Below are positions 41,135 to 49,384 of a stretch of DNA of 64,000 bases, one piece after another (within the stretch, counting starts at the first letter, position 1; each line of letters starts with the position of its first letter). Source of the stretch: a virus. The notes beneath the pieces were generated by a model. The model saw only the letters and a program-made list of their open reading frames with translations. It had not been told where the DNA came from and ran no database searches. The stretch is from IMG/VR virus record IMGVR_UViG_3300023179_000057, positions 27,655 through 91,654 of that record; one strand, written 5' to 3'. Position numbers and translations under genes: made by a program.

Positions 41135-41710
41135 ATGGCAAATCAAGGTACAGCAGAAAAGTTTATTGAAGTTGCATTAGCAGAAGTAGGAACTATAGAA
41201 GGTCCTAAAGATAACGAGACAAAGTATGGAGCGTATACCAAGGCTAATTTTCAACCTTGGTGTGGAAGTTTTGTGATGTGGTGTGCCAACGAAGCAGGAG
41301 TCAAAGTTCCAAACACTGTCTACACCCCAGGTGGAGCAGCAGCATTTAAGAAATCAAATTCATGGATTGATGGTGACGTTGCTGATCCTGAGCCAGGAGA
41401 TGTTGCTTATTTTGATTTCCCATCAGATGGCGTTGATCGTATATCTCATGTCGGAATTGTCGTTAAAGATAATGAAGATGGTACAGTTTGGTGCGTTGAG
41501 GGTAACACTTCTGGTGATGCAAAAGGAAGCCAAAGAAATGGTGGAGAGGTTTGTAGAAAACTTCGTGCCTATAAGAAAAATAAAAAAGGCATAATGATTT
41601 CTATTGTAGGGTTTGGTAGACCTAAGTTTGGATCTGCCCCTGCAGGTACCGCTAAAAAATCTCAAAATAAGCCTAAAACATGCTCAGAATGTGGTCAAGC
41701 CATTAAATAA
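41135..41710 (+). CDS. Endolysin, CHAP amidase/peptidase
   Basis: PWCGSFV...SHVGIV...VEGNT. Confidence 0.9.
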   Translation: MANQGTAEKFIEVALAEVGTIEGPKDNETKYGAYTKANFQPWCGSFVMWCANEAGVKVPNTVYTPGGAAAFKKSNSWIDGDVADPEPGDVAYFDFPSDGVDRISHVGIVVKDNEDGTVWCVEGNTSGDAKGSQRNGGEVCRKLRAYKKNKKGIMISIVGFGRPKFGSAPAGTAKKSQNKPKTCSECGQAIK

Positions 41711-41716
41711 TGGTGT

Positions 41717-41745
41717 TTGACTAAGCCTAAAGGTTTTGATATACT
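41717..41745 (+). promoter_or_regulatory. SigA-type promoter
   Basis: TTGACT-17-TATACT with TG extension. Confidence 0.7.
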
Positions 41746-41764
41746 AGATATAGTAAGGGGAACT

Positions 41765-41875
41765 ATGAATACATTTTATTTTTGGCACTCATTAGTAATT
41801 GGTCTATTGATGATTGGATCATTTTTTTGGGGCAAGCAATACGAAAAAAATAAAGTAACTAAAACAAATAATTAA
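41765..41875 (+). CDS. 36-aa single-TM peptide
   Basis: AAGGGG RBS; hydrophobic core then basic tail. Confidence 0.45.
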   Translation: MNTFYFWHSLVIGLLMIGSFFWGKQYEKNKVTKTNN

Positions 41876-41891
41876 CTCTATAGGGAGTAGC

Positions 41892-42416
41892 ATGACTTGC
41901 CTTGCCGTAGTTCGCCATGAGAATAAAATCTATATGGCTGGAGATCGTGGTGCATCTGATGATAATACAATTCTTTCTTTAACAGCACCAAAGGTTTGGA
42001 AACTTGGTCCATACCTGCTTGGATATGCAGGGGCTTTAGACGGAGAACGTATTCGTTATAATTTTAATCCATATGTTCCAGACATAAAAGACTTAGATAA
42101 ATTTATGCAAACTAAATTTATTAAACAACTAAGAAACTTTTATAGTGACTGGTGGGTTGATACTGGCAAAGAGGCTGATCTTGGTTTAATTATTTGTATT
42201 AAAGGTCAAATATATGAACATAATGCAGTTGATATGTCCTTATCTAAATATGATTTAGATTATTTAGCCATGGGGTCTGGTTCAGAATATGCATATGGAT
42301 ATTTAAATGCAACAGAAAAATCTAAAGATGCTCGTAAAAGGGTAGTTGGTGCAGTAAATGCTGCTATTAAATTTAGTCCATCTTGCATGGGTCCTATTGA
42401 TGTGGTAAGTATATGA
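41892..42416 (+). CDS. Ntn-hydrolase, HslV/proteasome-beta-like peptidase
   Basis: N-terminal Thr (MTC), AGD, PKV, AG, AMGSGS. Confidence 0.75.
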   Translation: MTCLAVVRHENKIYMAGDRGASDDNTILSLTAPKVWKLGPYLLGYAGALDGERIRYNFNPYVPDIKDLDKFMQTKFIKQLRNFYSDWWVDTGKEADLGLIICIKGQIYEHNAVDMSLSKYDLDYLAMGSGSEYAYGYLNATEKSKDARKRVVGAVNAAIKFSPSCMGPIDVVSI

Positions 42417-43195
42417 TAATTAATCAAGAAGGTGGTCCAGTTGTTCCAGATAAAACTATTGCAATGTTTCCAGTTATAAGCGATGAAGGAATTGAACCGT
42501 TTGATTTAAAGGATATTTCTACATTTTTAAAACCATTAAATATTAATCATAAAAGAGATTGGTTTACTCCACATTTTTATAAATGTTTACCACTAGCAAT
42601 TGGAAATATGCAAGGATTTGTTTTTAGTTTACCGTATACATTTCACGTTTTGTGGAATGGTGGTAATGATGTTAATGATCTTTCAATATATTTTGAAGAA
42701 GAAATTTTAAAATATAATAATAAATCTTTTATTAAACCAGTTTCAGAATTTGGTCATGGAATTCTTACAATTCATTATCCAGTAACATTAAAAACACCTC
42801 CAGGAATAAATTTAATGACAATTGCACCACCAAATTTTCCTCTTCCTGGTTTAAGCCCTATGACTGGAGTAATAGAGTCTGATAATATTAGATTTAGTTT
42901 TACATTAAATATAAAAATAGATTTTCCAAATACAGACTTTAAAATACAGGCAAATTATCCTTTAATGGGAATATTACCAATTCCTAGAAATTTTTGTGAT
43001 TCTTTTGAATTAAAAGATTCAAATGAAATTTTTGAAAAAAATATAATACAAGATGAAATGTTAATTGTAAGAGAACACTCTAATGCAAGAGATTTTGCAA
43101 ATAAAAATAATTTGGGTCAAGATAAATTATATTATTCAGGAAAAGATTTTAGAAAAAATAATTTTAAAAATCATCAATTACCAAAAAAAATATAA
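42413..43195 (+). CDS. DUF6065-like protein (dUTPase-fold paralogue 1)
   Basis: YKCLPL...GF, KTPPG, GVIESD, YPLMGILPIPR. Confidence 0.65.
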   Translation: MIINQEGGPVVPDKTIAMFPVISDEGIEPFDLKDISTFLKPLNINHKRDWFTPHFYKCLPLAIGNMQGFVFSLPYTFHVLWNGGNDVNDLSIYFEEEILKYNNKSFIKPVSEFGHGILTIHYPVTLKTPPGINLMTIAPPNFPLPGLSPMTGVIESDNIRFSFTLNIKIDFPNTDFKIQANYPLMGILPIPRNFCDSFELKDSNEIFEKNIIQDEMLIVREHSNARDFANKNNLGQDKLYYSGKDFRKNNFKNHQLPKKI

Positions 43196-43197
43196 TA

Positions 43198-43226
43198 TTG
43201 ACTTTTATTATGAATTAATATATAAT
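43198..43226 (+). promoter_or_regulatory. Near-consensus SigA promoter
   Basis: TTGACT-17-TATAAT. Confidence 0.75.
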
Positions 43227-43254
43227 AAAAAATACAAACTACAAAAGGAGAAAA

Positions 43255-43944
43255 ATGAAAAAAATAGTTTATAGCATAACATGTTTAACTTTTTTAACTT
43301 TTGCAATTAGTCCTGCTAATGCAAATATGGAAGTAGTTATGGGTACTGTTGGACCACAAGTTGTAACTAATATGAATCCAGGAACAACTTTAGGACCAAC
43401 CGTAGGTGGAAATAATGGTGGAACAATTGGAGGAGTTGGTGGAGGTTATGCAGTTGTAGATAATCATGGCACAGTTACAAATATTATTGTGTGTCATCAT
43501 TATTGTGAGCAAGGAACACTTGGACCAGGTGGTCCAACAGTAGTTTTACAAACTCCTGGAAGAGAACAAGGACTTTGGGCTGGACCAGGAACAACAACAT
43601 ATGATAGAGAAACAAAAACTTTTACTGTTTTTATGCCAGAATCAGTTGAAAATAAAAATGATGGAAACAATTCTACAATAGTTTCTGGTAGAAAAGTTTT
43701 AACTTTTGCTGCTGGTAATGTATTTATAAAAGAAAATGGAGAAGTTTCTGGTGTAACTGAAAGTTGGACTGAACAATCTACAGCAATAATTTCTTCAACA
43801 AATTCTAATATTACAGAATCATTGTACTTAGGAAATAGAAAAACAAATCAAGAAGTTAGATCAATTATAAATGATTCTAATCTTTTATTATTAAATGACA
43901 AAGTAAATATTTTAATAGAGTTACTTGGAACTTGGGTTAAATAA
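43255..43944 (+). CDS. Exported Gly-rich hypothetical protein
   Basis: Signal peptide ending ANA; AGGAG RBS. Confidence 0.6.
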   Translation: MKKIVYSITCLTFLTFAISPANANMEVVMGTVGPQVVTNMNPGTTLGPTVGGNNGGTIGGVGGGYAVVDNHGTVTNIIVCHHYCEQGTLGPGGPTVVLQTPGREQGLWAGPGTTTYDRETKTFTVFMPESVENKNDGNNSTIVSGRKVLTFAAGNVFIKENGEVSGVTESWTEQSTAIISSTNSNITESLYLGNRKTNQEVRSIINDSNLLLLNDKVNILIELLGTWVK

Positions 43945-43954
43945 TATAAGTGTT

Positions 43955-44029
43955 GCGGAAGTAGTTCAATGGTAGAATACTACCTTGCCAAGGTGGATGT
44001 TGCGGGTTCAAATCCCGTCTTCCGCTCCA
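43955..44029 (+). tRNA. tRNA-Gly(GCC)
   Basis: GCGGAAG/CTTCCGC acceptor stem, anticodon loop TTGCCAA, GGTTCAAATCC T-arm, encoded CCA. Confidence 0.95.
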
Positions 44030-44030
44030 C

Positions 44031-44102
44031 GCCCTCATGGTCTAGTGGTTATGACATCACCCTTTCACGGTGGTAACAGGGGTTCAATTCCCCTTGGGGG
44101 TA
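44031..44102 (+). tRNA. tRNA-Glu(TTC)
   Basis: GCCCTCA/TGGGGGT acceptor stem, loop CTTTCAC, GGTTCAATTCC; ends ACTA, no CCA. Confidence 0.9.
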
Positions 44103-44179
44103 CTAAAATTTGATATAATAGGTTTGTACCTGCCAAAAGGGGGTACATAAATGAAACTCGCTGAAAAGGAGAACATATA

Positions 44180-44608
44180 ATGGTAAGTTCATTTGCACTG
44201 GATCTTTTTAAAGATCCATTTTTTATTGGTTTCAATCGTGAATTGGAACGTTTAAGCACAGTACACAATCTAGCAACTCGTCAGGCATATCCGCCGTATG
44301 ACATTATAAAATTAGACGAAGATACGTACAAGTTATCTTTAGCAGTTGCTGGTTTTTCTCAAGAAAATATTGATGTTTCTGTAGACAATGGAACATTAAT
44401 TATTAAAGGAGAAATTACTGAAATTCAAGATGCAGAAGTAGTACATAAAGGTATTGCAGGTCGTAAATTTACCCGCACATTTGCTCTTGGAGAATATATG
44501 GAAGTAACTGGCGCTGAAATGAAGGACGGCATGTTACACATCAACATTGATCGTATCATTCCAGAAGATAAAAAACCAAAACAAATCAAAGTAAAAGTTG
44601 CTAAATAA
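44180..44608 (+). CDS. Small heat-shock protein (Hsp20/IbpA family)
   Basis: YPPYDI, AVAGF, HKGIAGRKFTRTF, DGMLHI. Confidence 0.95.
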   Translation: MVSSFALDLFKDPFFIGFNRELERLSTVHNLATRQAYPPYDIIKLDEDTYKLSLAVAGFSQENIDVSVDNGTLIIKGEITEIQDAEVVHKGIAGRKFTRTFALGEYMEVTGAEMKDGMLHINIDRIIPEDKKPKQIKVKVAK

Positions 44609-44628
44609 CTAGCAAACCTGTATACTTA

Positions 44629-44658
44629 TATGACCTGGACATGTCATAAAACTGTCCA
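44629..44658 (+). ncRNA. Predicted H-type pseudoknot (copy 1)
   Basis: S1 TATGAC/GTCATA, S2 TGGACA/TGTCCA, loops C, T, AAAC; covarying copy at 62271-62297. Confidence 0.6.
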
Positions 44659-44675
44659 TATATTAAAGGAGCGTT

Positions 44676-44849
44676 ATGCCTAGATACGATTATAAATGTT
44701 CTGTTTGTTCTTCACAAGTTGAATTTGAAAAATCAATTGGTGATGACAAATATCCAATATGTTGTAATGAGTCTATGCAAAGGTTATGGAGTGCTCCTGC
44801 TGCAATTTTTAACGGTAAGGGTTTCTATTCAACTGACAACAGAAAGTAG
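44676..44849 (+). CDS. FmdB-family zinc-ribbon protein (not in ORF track)
   Basis: MPRYDYKCSVC...CC...FNGKGFYSTD. Confidence 0.85.
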   Translation: MPRYDYKCSVCSSQVEFEKSIGDDKYPICCNESMQRLWSAPAAIFNGKGFYSTDNRK

Positions 44850-44864
44850 ATGTATAATAATACT

Positions 44865-45122
44865 ATGACTAGCATTGTTCAAGAACATCCAAGCGTAATT
44901 TCAAAAAAATATATATTAAATGCCAATGATCGTTGTGATCAATGTCCTGCACAGGCATTAGTTAAGGTAAAAGGTTTAATTGGAGAACTTACTTTTTGTA
45001 ATCACCACTATGAAAAAATAATGAATAATCCTTTATCTTATCAAAAAATGATGCAATTTGGTATTGAGTTTATTGATGAGCGTGAAAAATTGGTAAAAAA
45101 TAAAACAACTGGAGCAATATAA
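44865..45122 (+). CDS. Small Zn-binding actinobacterial-type protein
   Basis: DRCDQC.AQA...LTFCNHH; leaderless start at 44865. Confidence 0.65.
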   Translation: MTSIVQEHPSVISKKYILNANDRCDQCPAQALVKVKGLIGELTFCNHHYEKIMNNPLSYQKMMQFGIEFIDEREKLVKNKTTGAI

Positions 45123-45529
45123 TGTATGAGTATTTTGTAAAAGAAGTAAAAAACGTAGTTGATGGAGATACCATTGACGTTATTATTGATTTAGGGTTTG
45201 ATATTTTATTTTCATCTCGTGTACGTTTGGCTGGTATTGATACACCAGAATCACGTACAACTGATAAGGCTGAGAAGGCTTTAGGTCTTGAGGCTAAAGA
45301 ATATTTAAAGAAACAATTAAAAGATGCAAAGTCTGTAGTTATTCGTACGGAAAAAATGGATTCTTCCGAAAAATATGGACGAATTCTTGGCTGGGTATAT
45401 GTTAATGGCGAATCAGAATCTGTTAATAATAGAATGATTAATGATGGATATGCTTGGGGATACCTTGGAGAAACAAAAATTAAAGATTTTGAAGTATTAA
45501 AAAAGGCTAGAGCAAAGTCTGGTAAATGA
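45122..45529 (+). CDS. Thermonuclease (SNase family)
   Basis: VVDGDTI, RLAGIDTPE, KYGRILG. Confidence 0.92.
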   Translation: MYEYFVKEVKNVVDGDTIDVIIDLGFDILFSSRVRLAGIDTPESRTTDKAEKALGLEAKEYLKKQLKDAKSVVIRTEKMDSSEKYGRILGWVYVNGESESVNNRMINDGYAWGYLGETKIKDFEVLKKARAKSGK

Positions 45530-45798
45530 AAACTATTTTTTATTTTACAGCAGACTGGTGTCAGCCTTGTAAAAAGGTAAAGCCTATTGTTGAAGATATG
45601 AAAAAAGAAGGTTTTCAATTTCAAATGGTGGATGCTGACTATGAACAACTTTTAGTTAAACAATTTCAGGTTAAGTCAGTTCCTACATTTATTTTATTAA
45701 AAGATGGCAAAGAAATAAATCGTATAACTGGGGTAAAAACAAGAGAAGAGTTAGAAGATTTTGTTAATTATGAAAAAACTATTAAAGAGAATATTTAA
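45526..45798 (+). CDS. Thioredoxin
   Basis: FTADWCQPCK, SVPTF. Confidence 0.92.
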   Translation: MKTIFYFTADWCQPCKKVKPIVEDMKKEGFQFQMVDADYEQLLVKQFQVKSVPTFILLKDGKEINRITGVKTREELEDFVNYEKTIKENI

Positions 45799-46156
45799 TC
45801 CAGATGGGAAAAATATGACTTCAGATGAAAATGAAATAATTGAAAAACTTATTCTTGATGGTGGGTTAGAAGTTGCTGGTATTGATTCTGAAGATGGATC
45901 ATTGCTCTATTCATTTACCCCTAAAATTAAAGAATTAATGCCAGAGTTGTATCATGATCACATGAATTCTGTAAATACTGAAATTCTTTCTTTATGGGAG
46001 CGAGGGTATGTTGACATAGACTTTTTATCAAAAGATCCAGTAGTCACATTAGCCTCAAAATCTTTTAGTGATATAGAAATGTCTAAATTAAATAAACGTG
46101 AAAAATGGTCTATAGAGGAGTTAAAGAGACTATCTGGCAAGCATCCAAACAACTAA
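45770..46156 (+). CDS. Hypothetical protein
   Basis: Coupled ORF; no recognisable motif. Confidence 0.55.
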   Translation: MKKLLKRIFNPDGKNMTSDENEIIEKLILDGGLEVAGIDSEDGSLLYSFTPKIKELMPELYHDHMNSVNTEILSLWERGYVDIDFLSKDPVVTLASKSFSDIEMSKLNKREKWSIEELKRLSGKHPNN

Positions 46157-46177
46157 ACTACTGCTATAATAGTTAAC

Positions 46178-47731
46178 ATGCCATATCATGTAGGTGCTAA
46201 AGGATCATACGGTTGTGAAGGCTACCCTGCCGTAAAAGACGATGGTACAGTAATGGGTTGCCACAAATCAAAAGGTGCTGCTGCACGTCAAATTTATGCT
46301 ATCAATGTAAGCGAAGGCAATATTGGAAAAGCAATGGTAAAAGAGGGCGATATGGTTATGGCGCCAAACGATGATGAAGTTTATGTTGGTCGTGTTGTTC
46401 ATGTAATGACAGATGGTATGTTAGGATTCCCTGGCTCTGAATATGCAATTGCAGCATCTGCTACAGAACCTGCACTTTTAATTCAATTGTTTGAAATGGA
46501 AGAGGGCGGATTAGAAGAAACAGAATATTTTATTGGAGTAACAGCATCAGAAGTTATGGCAATGCCATCTCTTGAATCAAATGTTGGTATGGATAAAATT
46601 GTAAAAGAAGTAAATTTTAATATTATAAGTAAAAGTTATCATTCAGAAAATGAAGAAGAAGATAAATGGGATAACATGGCTAAAGCCTGTTGGATTGGTT
46701 ATGAGCAACAAGGTATGAAAGAAAAAGACGGACGCATGGTTCCAAATTGTGTTCCAGTCAGCAAATCAAATGAAGTAGAGAAAGCAAAAAGTGTTTCTAT
46801 TGGAGATCATGTTTCATTTGCAGTTCCAAAACCACCAGACAAAACAGAATCAGCACATGGGGTTGTAGAAAGAGTAGAGCGTTCTGGTAAAGTTACTCTT
46901 CCTGGAACAAACGAAACGGTAGAAGCATCTTCAGATAATCCAGTAGCAGTTGTAAGAGTTTATGCAACAGACGAAAATGGTAAAAGGACAAGAACTGATA
47001 GACGTGTTGCAAAACCAGTTAGTTCATTAAGAGTCTATTCTGAACCAATCAGTGATGAAAAAATGTATGATGAGGATGAAGAAATAGAAAAAGTTTCTGC
47101 TAAGTTAGAATCAAGATTAAGAGAGTTGGTTGAAAATTATAACAAAGGCAAAGAAGGCGATAATAAAATTTCTGTAGGAACATTGAGACAAGTTTATAAT
47201 CGTGGTATTGGGGCATATAGAAGTAATCCATCTTCTGTACGTGGCAGCGTTTCTAGTGCAGAGCAATGGGCAATGGGTAGGGTAAATGCATTTATGGCTG
47301 GGTTACGTGGTAGATTCCCTAGAAAACCATTTGATTTAGATTTGTTTCCAAAAGGACATTCTAGATCAACAAAGAAATCAATTTTTGAAGGTTTTGCAAA
47401 AGAAATAACTGGTCCTAAAAAATTAACGGAGGTATTTAAAATGGAAAAAAAAGAATTTTCTCAAACATCTCGTGAAAGAATGGCAGAATCAGGAAATGCA
47501 ATGCCTGATGGATCATTTCCAATTGCAAATCGTGCAGACTTGATGAACGCTATTCGCTCTGTTGGTCGTGCCAAAGATTATGCAAAAGCAAAAGCACACA
47601 TTATTCGTCGTGCAAAAGAATTAGGTGCAACAAGTATGCTTCCAGAAGATTGGAAAAATACTGCTCGCAAAGACATAACTGGCTGGGGCGGATCTATTTT
47701 TGATTTAAATCCGTTTAAAAATAATGGCTAA
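46178..47731 (+). CDS. Modular head-associated protein (several small domains separated by Lys-containing linkers)
   Basis: GCH...Q..A, two related GDxV..GxV modules, CW.GY...VPNCVP, QWAMGRVNAF, AMPDGSFPI...NAI modules; ends WGGSIFDL. Confidence 0.55.
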   Translation: MPYHVGAKGSYGCEGYPAVKDDGTVMGCHKSKGAAARQIYAINVSEGNIGKAMVKEGDMVMAPNDDEVYVGRVVHVMTDGMLGFPGSEYAIAASATEPALLIQLFEMEEGGLEETEYFIGVTASEVMAMPSLESNVGMDKIVKEVNFNIISKSYHSENEEEDKWDNMAKACWIGYEQQGMKEKDGRMVPNCVPVSKSNEVEKAKSVSIGDHVSFAVPKPPDKTESAHGVVERVERSGKVTLPGTNETVEASSDNPVAVVRVYATDENGKRTRTDRRVAKPVSSLRVYSEPISDEKMYDEDEEIEKVSAKLESRLRELVENYNKGKEGDNKISVGTLRQVYNRGIGAYRSNPSSVRGSVSSAEQWAMGRVNAFMAGLRGRFPRKPFDLDLFPKGHSRSTKKSIFEGFAKEITGPKKLTEVFKMEKKEFSQTSRERMAESGNAMPDGSFPIANRADLMNAIRSVGRAKDYAKAKAHIIRRAKELGATSMLPEDWKNTARKDITGWGGSIFDLNPFKNNG

Positions 47732-47882
47732 CAAATCTTCTGGCTCTTATTATCCAAATCATGGATTTAATCCAATGCAAATTAAAAATGGTAGAATTGT
47801 TCGTTTAAGAAAAGATGGTAGTATCAAGGCAGACTTAGGCGCATACAAGCCTAAACATAGAAAGGTAATGAGCAATGGCTGA
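47724..47882 (+). CDS. Small basic hypothetical protein (not in ORF track)
   Basis: 52 aa, overlaps both neighbours (QIKNGRIVRLRKDG). Confidence 0.55.
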   Translation: MANKSSGSYYPNHGFNPMQIKNGRIVRLRKDGSIKADLGAYKPKHRKVMSNG

Positions 47883-48246
47883 AGAAACTTACACACCAAC
47901 ATCTGGCATGAAGGCTGCTGCTCGTCGTGCATTAAAGTGGAAAGAAGAAGGCAAAGCAACTGGCGCTGGAACTCCAGTAGGCTGGGGTAGAGCAACAGAT
48001 ATAGTTGCTGGTAGAGCAATGTCTCTTAGTACTGTTAAAAGAATGTATTCATTTTTTTCCCGCCACGAAGTAGATAAAAAGGGTAAAGGATTTTTTAGTG
48101 GTCCAAACTTTCCATCTAACGGAAGAATTATGTGGGATGCTTGGGGTGGAGATGCAGGATTTTCTTGGAGTCGTGCAATAGTAGAGCGTGAAAAGAAAAA
48201 AGTAGAAAAGGTTTGGCAGGGATCTGCTTTTAGTCTTTATAAATAG
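47875..48246 (+). CDS. Head-associated domain protein
   Basis: GTPVG..RA...TVKRMYSFFSRH...GRIMWDAWGGDAG; ends WQGSAFSL. Confidence 0.6.
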   Translation: MAEETYTPTSGMKAAARRALKWKEEGKATGAGTPVGWGRATDIVAGRAMSLSTVKRMYSFFSRHEVDKKGKGFFSGPNFPSNGRIMWDAWGGDAGFSWSRAIVEREKKKVEKVWQGSAFSLYK

Positions 48247-48254
48247 GGGGGTAT

Positions 48255-48416
48255 ATGGAGAATTTAGAAAAACAAGAACTTATTCAGTTAATAGCATTTT
48301 ATAAACAAAAACTATCTGATACTGAATTAGAATTATTAAAAATACAACTTGAGGTAAATAAACTCAATTCAATTATTTTGCAATCAGCCCAAGGGCCATC
48401 TAAAAAATCAAAATAA
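48255..48416 (+). CDS. Small coiled-coil protein (not in ORF track)
   Basis: GGGGG RBS, 53 aa leucine-rich. Confidence 0.5.
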   Translation: MENLEKQELIQLIAFYKQKLSDTELELLKIQLEVNKLNSIILQSAQGPSKKSK

Positions 48417-48419
48417 AAA

Positions 48420-48839
48420 ATGGAATATTTATTAATTATAGGCTTGACATCCCTAAGCGTATGGTCTATAATTAAAATATCAAACAAAAGTAGAATAACA
48501 TTTTTAAAAAATATCAGATATCGCCAAAGCGATATGCATGAAATAATTAAAGATGTTCTTCCAAAACAAAGGTTTGATAAGCCAAAGGCTATTACTCAAT
48601 CTCAGAAACATATTCAAAAAAATATGTTAAGGGTTGTAATAACTGAAGGCAAAGCATATTGGATATTGGATAATGTTTTTTATACTGCTAACGCTATAGG
48701 TGGCAGAGTAGATGAACAAACAATAAAAATATTAAACTTTGAAAATATGTCAAAAAAAGAATTAGACAAAATGTTATCAATACTTGATGACTTAAAACAG
48801 GGGACAGCACAGAATGATAGTGGCGGTACAAGGGACTAA
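48420..48839 (+). CDS. N-terminally anchored hypothetical protein
   Basis: Hydrophobic N-terminus. Confidence 0.55.
   Translation: MEYLLIIGLTSLSVWSIIKISNKSRITFLKNIRYRQSDMHEIIKDVLPKQRFDKPKAITQSQKHIQKNMLRVVITEGKAYWILDNVFYTANAIGGRVDEQTIKILNFENMSKKELDKMLSILDDLKQGTAQNDSGGTRD
48444..48472 (+). promoter_or_regulatory. Consensus SigA promoter inside a coding region
   Basis: TTGACA-17-TATAAT. Confidence 0.65.
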
Positions 48840-49164
48840 AGAGTTCAACGACTATAACGTATTTTTACGTGCTATGAGCGTTGCATTATCTAGTATGAAT
48901 AATGAAGATAAAGAGTTTATTATTTATTCTGCTGGTCCAGCAAAAGTAAACAACTTTGTTTCAGAGTTTTCTAATTTATCAGAACGTGGAATGAAGGCTA
49001 GGGGTAAAAAAATTAAATTTTATAATGCTGCCCCAGCATGGTTAAGTGAAAATATAAATCAAATTAATTATTTTGCTTTTTTAAGTCGTCCAAAAGATCC
49101 AAAGTCAAAATTAGTTTCAATTGCAGAAGCAAACAATATTGATGTTGGTCTTTTTAAATATTAG
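48814..49164 (+). CDS. SLOG/YspA-like protein, putative
   Basis: MIVAVQGTKEFNDY N-terminus. Confidence 0.45.
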   Translation: MIVAVQGTKEFNDYNVFLRAMSVALSSMNNEDKEFIIYSAGPAKVNNFVSEFSNLSERGMKARGKKIKFYNAAPAWLSENINQINYFAFLSRPKDPKSKLVSIAEANNIDVGLFKY

Positions 49165-49172
49165 GAGAAGAA

Positions 49173-49382
49173 ATGATTATTAAAAGTTTAAATACTATGG
49201 AAAAAATTGTAAATAAAAACACGAATCTATTTTGGCGTGGGTGGGATGTTATTGATTTAAAAGAATCAGAAGTTGCCAAAACTTCTCCAATAGGTATTAG
49301 AGTGAAAAATAAGTGGTACATCCATAGAATTTATAGCCCAGATCGTAATGGCTGGAATATACCGAATAAGTATAAGGATTAA
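49173..49382 (+). CDS. Hypothetical protein
   Basis: AGGAG RBS. Confidence 0.55.
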   Translation: MIIKSLNTMEKIVNKNTNLFWRGWDVIDLKESEVAKTSPIGIRVKNKWYIHRIYSPDRNGWNIPNKYKD

Positions 49383-49384
49383 TC

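Noticed and set aside
41664-41695. Third CTGAGCATGT pseudoknot-like core on the minus strand
   Set aside because: Stem 1 cannot form, and it lies antisense inside the endolysin codons for TCSEC
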